Positions 62,380 to 64,000 of a stretch of 64,000 nucleotides of DNA are shown in pieces. The stretch covers positions 4,973-68,972 of the forward strand of contig JAFGCR010000011.1 in NCBI GenBank assembly GCA_016932495.1. The letters are read 5' to 3'. Source of the DNA: Candidatus Peregrinibacteria bacterium. Its GTDB lineage: Bacteria > Patescibacteriota > Gracilibacteria > UM-FILTER-43-11. Under the pieces are notes generated by a model. That model did no database searches. It was given only the letters and a program-made list of their open reading frames with translations, and was not told the DNA's origin. The position numbers and the translations under genes are program-made. Position 1 is the first letter of the stretch, and each line of letters begins with the position of its first letter.

Positions 62380-62686
62380 AATTAAGGGTGAATTGGGCGA
62401 ATTGATTCAGTGAGTCGGTGATATTCTCCAATAATTGGGGATTCTCTGTTAAATAAGTCTCGAGCACATTGTCCATCGGAATCCCCATTTCCTGACTCAT
62501 TTTTAGTGTGTCTTCCAGGTCTTCCGCGCTCATGTATTCGCTGATCTCCTCCATCATGATGTCATTGGCCTGCAGGGTCAGGTTTGCCTTCACTGAGTTG
62601 GTTTGCAGTTCTTTAGGAAGTTCGTTGTACAGGCTCTCAATAAAGTCTTCCAGGCTCAATTGTGTGATGTCATTATTTTGAGGCAT
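62363..62686 (-). CDS. hypothetical small acidic protein
   Basis: 107 aa, Glu/Asp-rich. Its 3' end overlaps the start of the M15 peptidase gene by 17 nt, which suggests translational coupling. Confidence 0.5.
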   Translation of the reverse strand: MPQNNDITQLSLEDFIESLYNELPKELQTNSVKANLTLQANDIMMEEISEYMSAEDLEDTLKMSQEMGIPMDNVLETYLTENPQLLENITDSLNQFAQFTLNFAANG

Positions 62687-62724
62687 GTATTATTTTATAT
62701 ATAAATTTATATTTTGTCAATATT

Positions 62725-64000
62725 TTAGGCTGTTGCCGGCATCAATCCTTTTTTACGCTGGCGGCGATGCCATAAGCCTTTAGTCAATTTCCATCCGCTC
62801 CAGCCCATAATGGTCAATGAAGTGGCGGGCCAGCCCCCCAAAAAGATGCAGGCGGTTACAAAGGCGCTGGCTTTGGCAGTTCCTTTCGGGTGTTTTTTTA
62901 CAAAATTATACAATTTTCCCAATCCAAATCTCCCCCCTTTTCCAAATATCTTAGTTAAACCCCAGGCGCCCGCGGCCAAACCACGCCCTGCCCGCCGGGT
63001 GAGATAGTTTTTACGATGTTCTTTTAGAAACGCTTTCATGTCGTCCGGTAAATCCACAGCCACATGTTCCCGGGCTTCAGCTAAGCTCAGGTTAAAATCA
63101 TCGATTTGTTTAAATACTTCATGCATCCGTTCTTCTTTTGACAGCTCTTCCGTCTCTGCCCGTATGCCCTTTTTTACATTATCCACCAAATACATCCGGT
63201 AGGCATGGATTAAATTCTTTTTAACAGCAAACAGCTGTTTGGCGGCCCGATAATTAACCCCCATTTTAAGAAAACGCCTTTCATCCATCAGGCCTTGCAT
63301 GTGGCTTAACAGGGCGATTATAGCCCTTTTCAGTTCAGCGGGCCGTTCCTTTTCGCTGAACTGGTCGGCCAGCGTATTGATCCATTTTTTGGTAACTGCA
63401 GTGTCTTTTGTTTTTAATCTGATCACCTGTGCCATTACCTTCCGCGCCTTTTCCGGCAGATGGGTGAGCGGGCCTTTTTCGCTGGTCAGAAACGTCAGCA
63501 CTTCTTTTTTGTCCGCCCCTCTTAATTTATGCCGTTTTTCTTCCGGCGGATGATGTGCTTTCAGGGTTTTTTCGGTTTTTTGCAGGATGATTTCAGTTCT
63601 TTGCACGGGATCCATATCCTCGTTTTCCATGAAAAATCCATGAATATGCATCACCATGGTCTCGGCAGAGATTTTCCGGCTTCTTTTCAGCCGGTTCCGC
63701 GTGCCGTGGGTGATCATGTTCAGTTCTTTGTTGAGCGTGCCTGTTTTTTGTTCGATGGCGTTTAATTTTCCACGCAATTCCTGCTGGCCGCCTTCGCCGG
63801 TGCGCAATTCCATCAGGCGGTCGATTTGTTCTTTGGCCGGGCTGGCACCCTTTGGCAATCCTTTAATATCCTCCTGCAGACTGCGGATGTCTTCGTTTAC
63901 ATATTGGAGCTGTTGGGTGATTTTCTTTTTTTCTGCCTCGCTTTCTTCGAGCTGGACTTTGCGTTTATGCACCTCTTCACGGGTCTTTTTTTCTGTCCAT
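62725..64000 (-). CDS. hypothetical coiled-coil protein with a C-terminal TM segment; 5' end runs off the window
   Basis: The frame remains open from the GTG at 63972 to base 63997. C-terminal hydrophobic stretch AFVTACIFLGGWPATSLTIMGW. Confidence 0.65.
   Translation of the reverse strand, partial: WTEKKTREEVHKRKVQLEESEAEKKKITQQLQYVNEDIRSLQEDIKGLPKGASPAKEQIDRLMELRTGEGGQQELRGKLNAIEQKTGTLNKELNMITHGTRNRLKRSRKISAETMVMHIHGFFMENEDMDPVQRTEIILQKTEKTLKAHHPPEEKRHKLRGADKKEVLTFLTSEKGPLTHLPEKARKVMAQVIRLKTKDTAVTKKWINTLADQFSEKERPAELKRAIIALLSHMQGLMDERRFLKMGVNYRAAKQLFAVKKNLIHAYRMYLVDNVKKGIRAETEELSKEERMHEVFKQIDDFNLSLAEAREHVAVDLPDDMKAFLKEHRKNYLTRRAGRGLAAGAWGLTKIFGKGGRFGLGKLYNFVKKHPKGTAKASAFVTACIFLGGWPATSLTIMGWSGWKLTKGLWHRRQRKKGLMPATA

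Overview
The window reads as a gene-dense, about 45% GC bacterial chromosome segment under the standard genetic code. Its content resembles Patescibacteria/CPR genomes, but that placement is inference only. All protein calls come from motif recognition in the supplied translations; no database search was run.

Most of the window is housekeeping:
- Replication and repair: dnaN preceded by a DnaA-box-rich, AT-rich candidate oriC, and mfd.
- Cell envelope: a class A PBP, ftsW, murG, lspA, an O-antigen-ligase-like protein, GT2 and GT4 glycosyltransferases, and an LPXTG surface protein with an SLH-sortase fusion nearby.
- RNA and metabolism: RNase J, a beta-CASP RNase, comM, ribD, gap, prs, cysS, guaA, acs, a tsaE-HD fusion, and one tRNA-Ser(GCT).
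- Regulation and competence: pilD, a ComEC-type MBL domain, and an ECF sigma with an anti-sigma-like partner.

Four things stand out:
1. Three single-gene segments (about 30.4, 50.1 and 54.9 kb) are about 57-72% GC with G/C-ending codons. Each encodes a secreted or membrane protein and has its own consensus sigma-70 promoter, long GC-rich leader, Shine-Dalgarno site, downstream hairpin and ORF-bracketing inverted repeat.
2. From 51.4 kb to the window edge there is a co-directional minus-strand array of orphan proteins of 317, 764, 1747, 107 and more than 415 aa. It also holds a membrane-anchored M15 peptidoglycan peptidase, a 39-bp tandem repeat array, and two of the GC-rich genes.
3. A family of intergenic palindromes has arms made of short tandem repeats. 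Two carry four-helix-bundle (Avd / 23S-IVS-like) genes in the loop, others are empty, and related simple-sequence tracts sit in frame inside murG and a GT2 gene.
4. At 17.7-20.0 kb, mosaic inverted repeats bracket a DUF4256 gene and an AT-rich orphan gene.

No CRISPR array, rRNA, transposase or integrase was seen.
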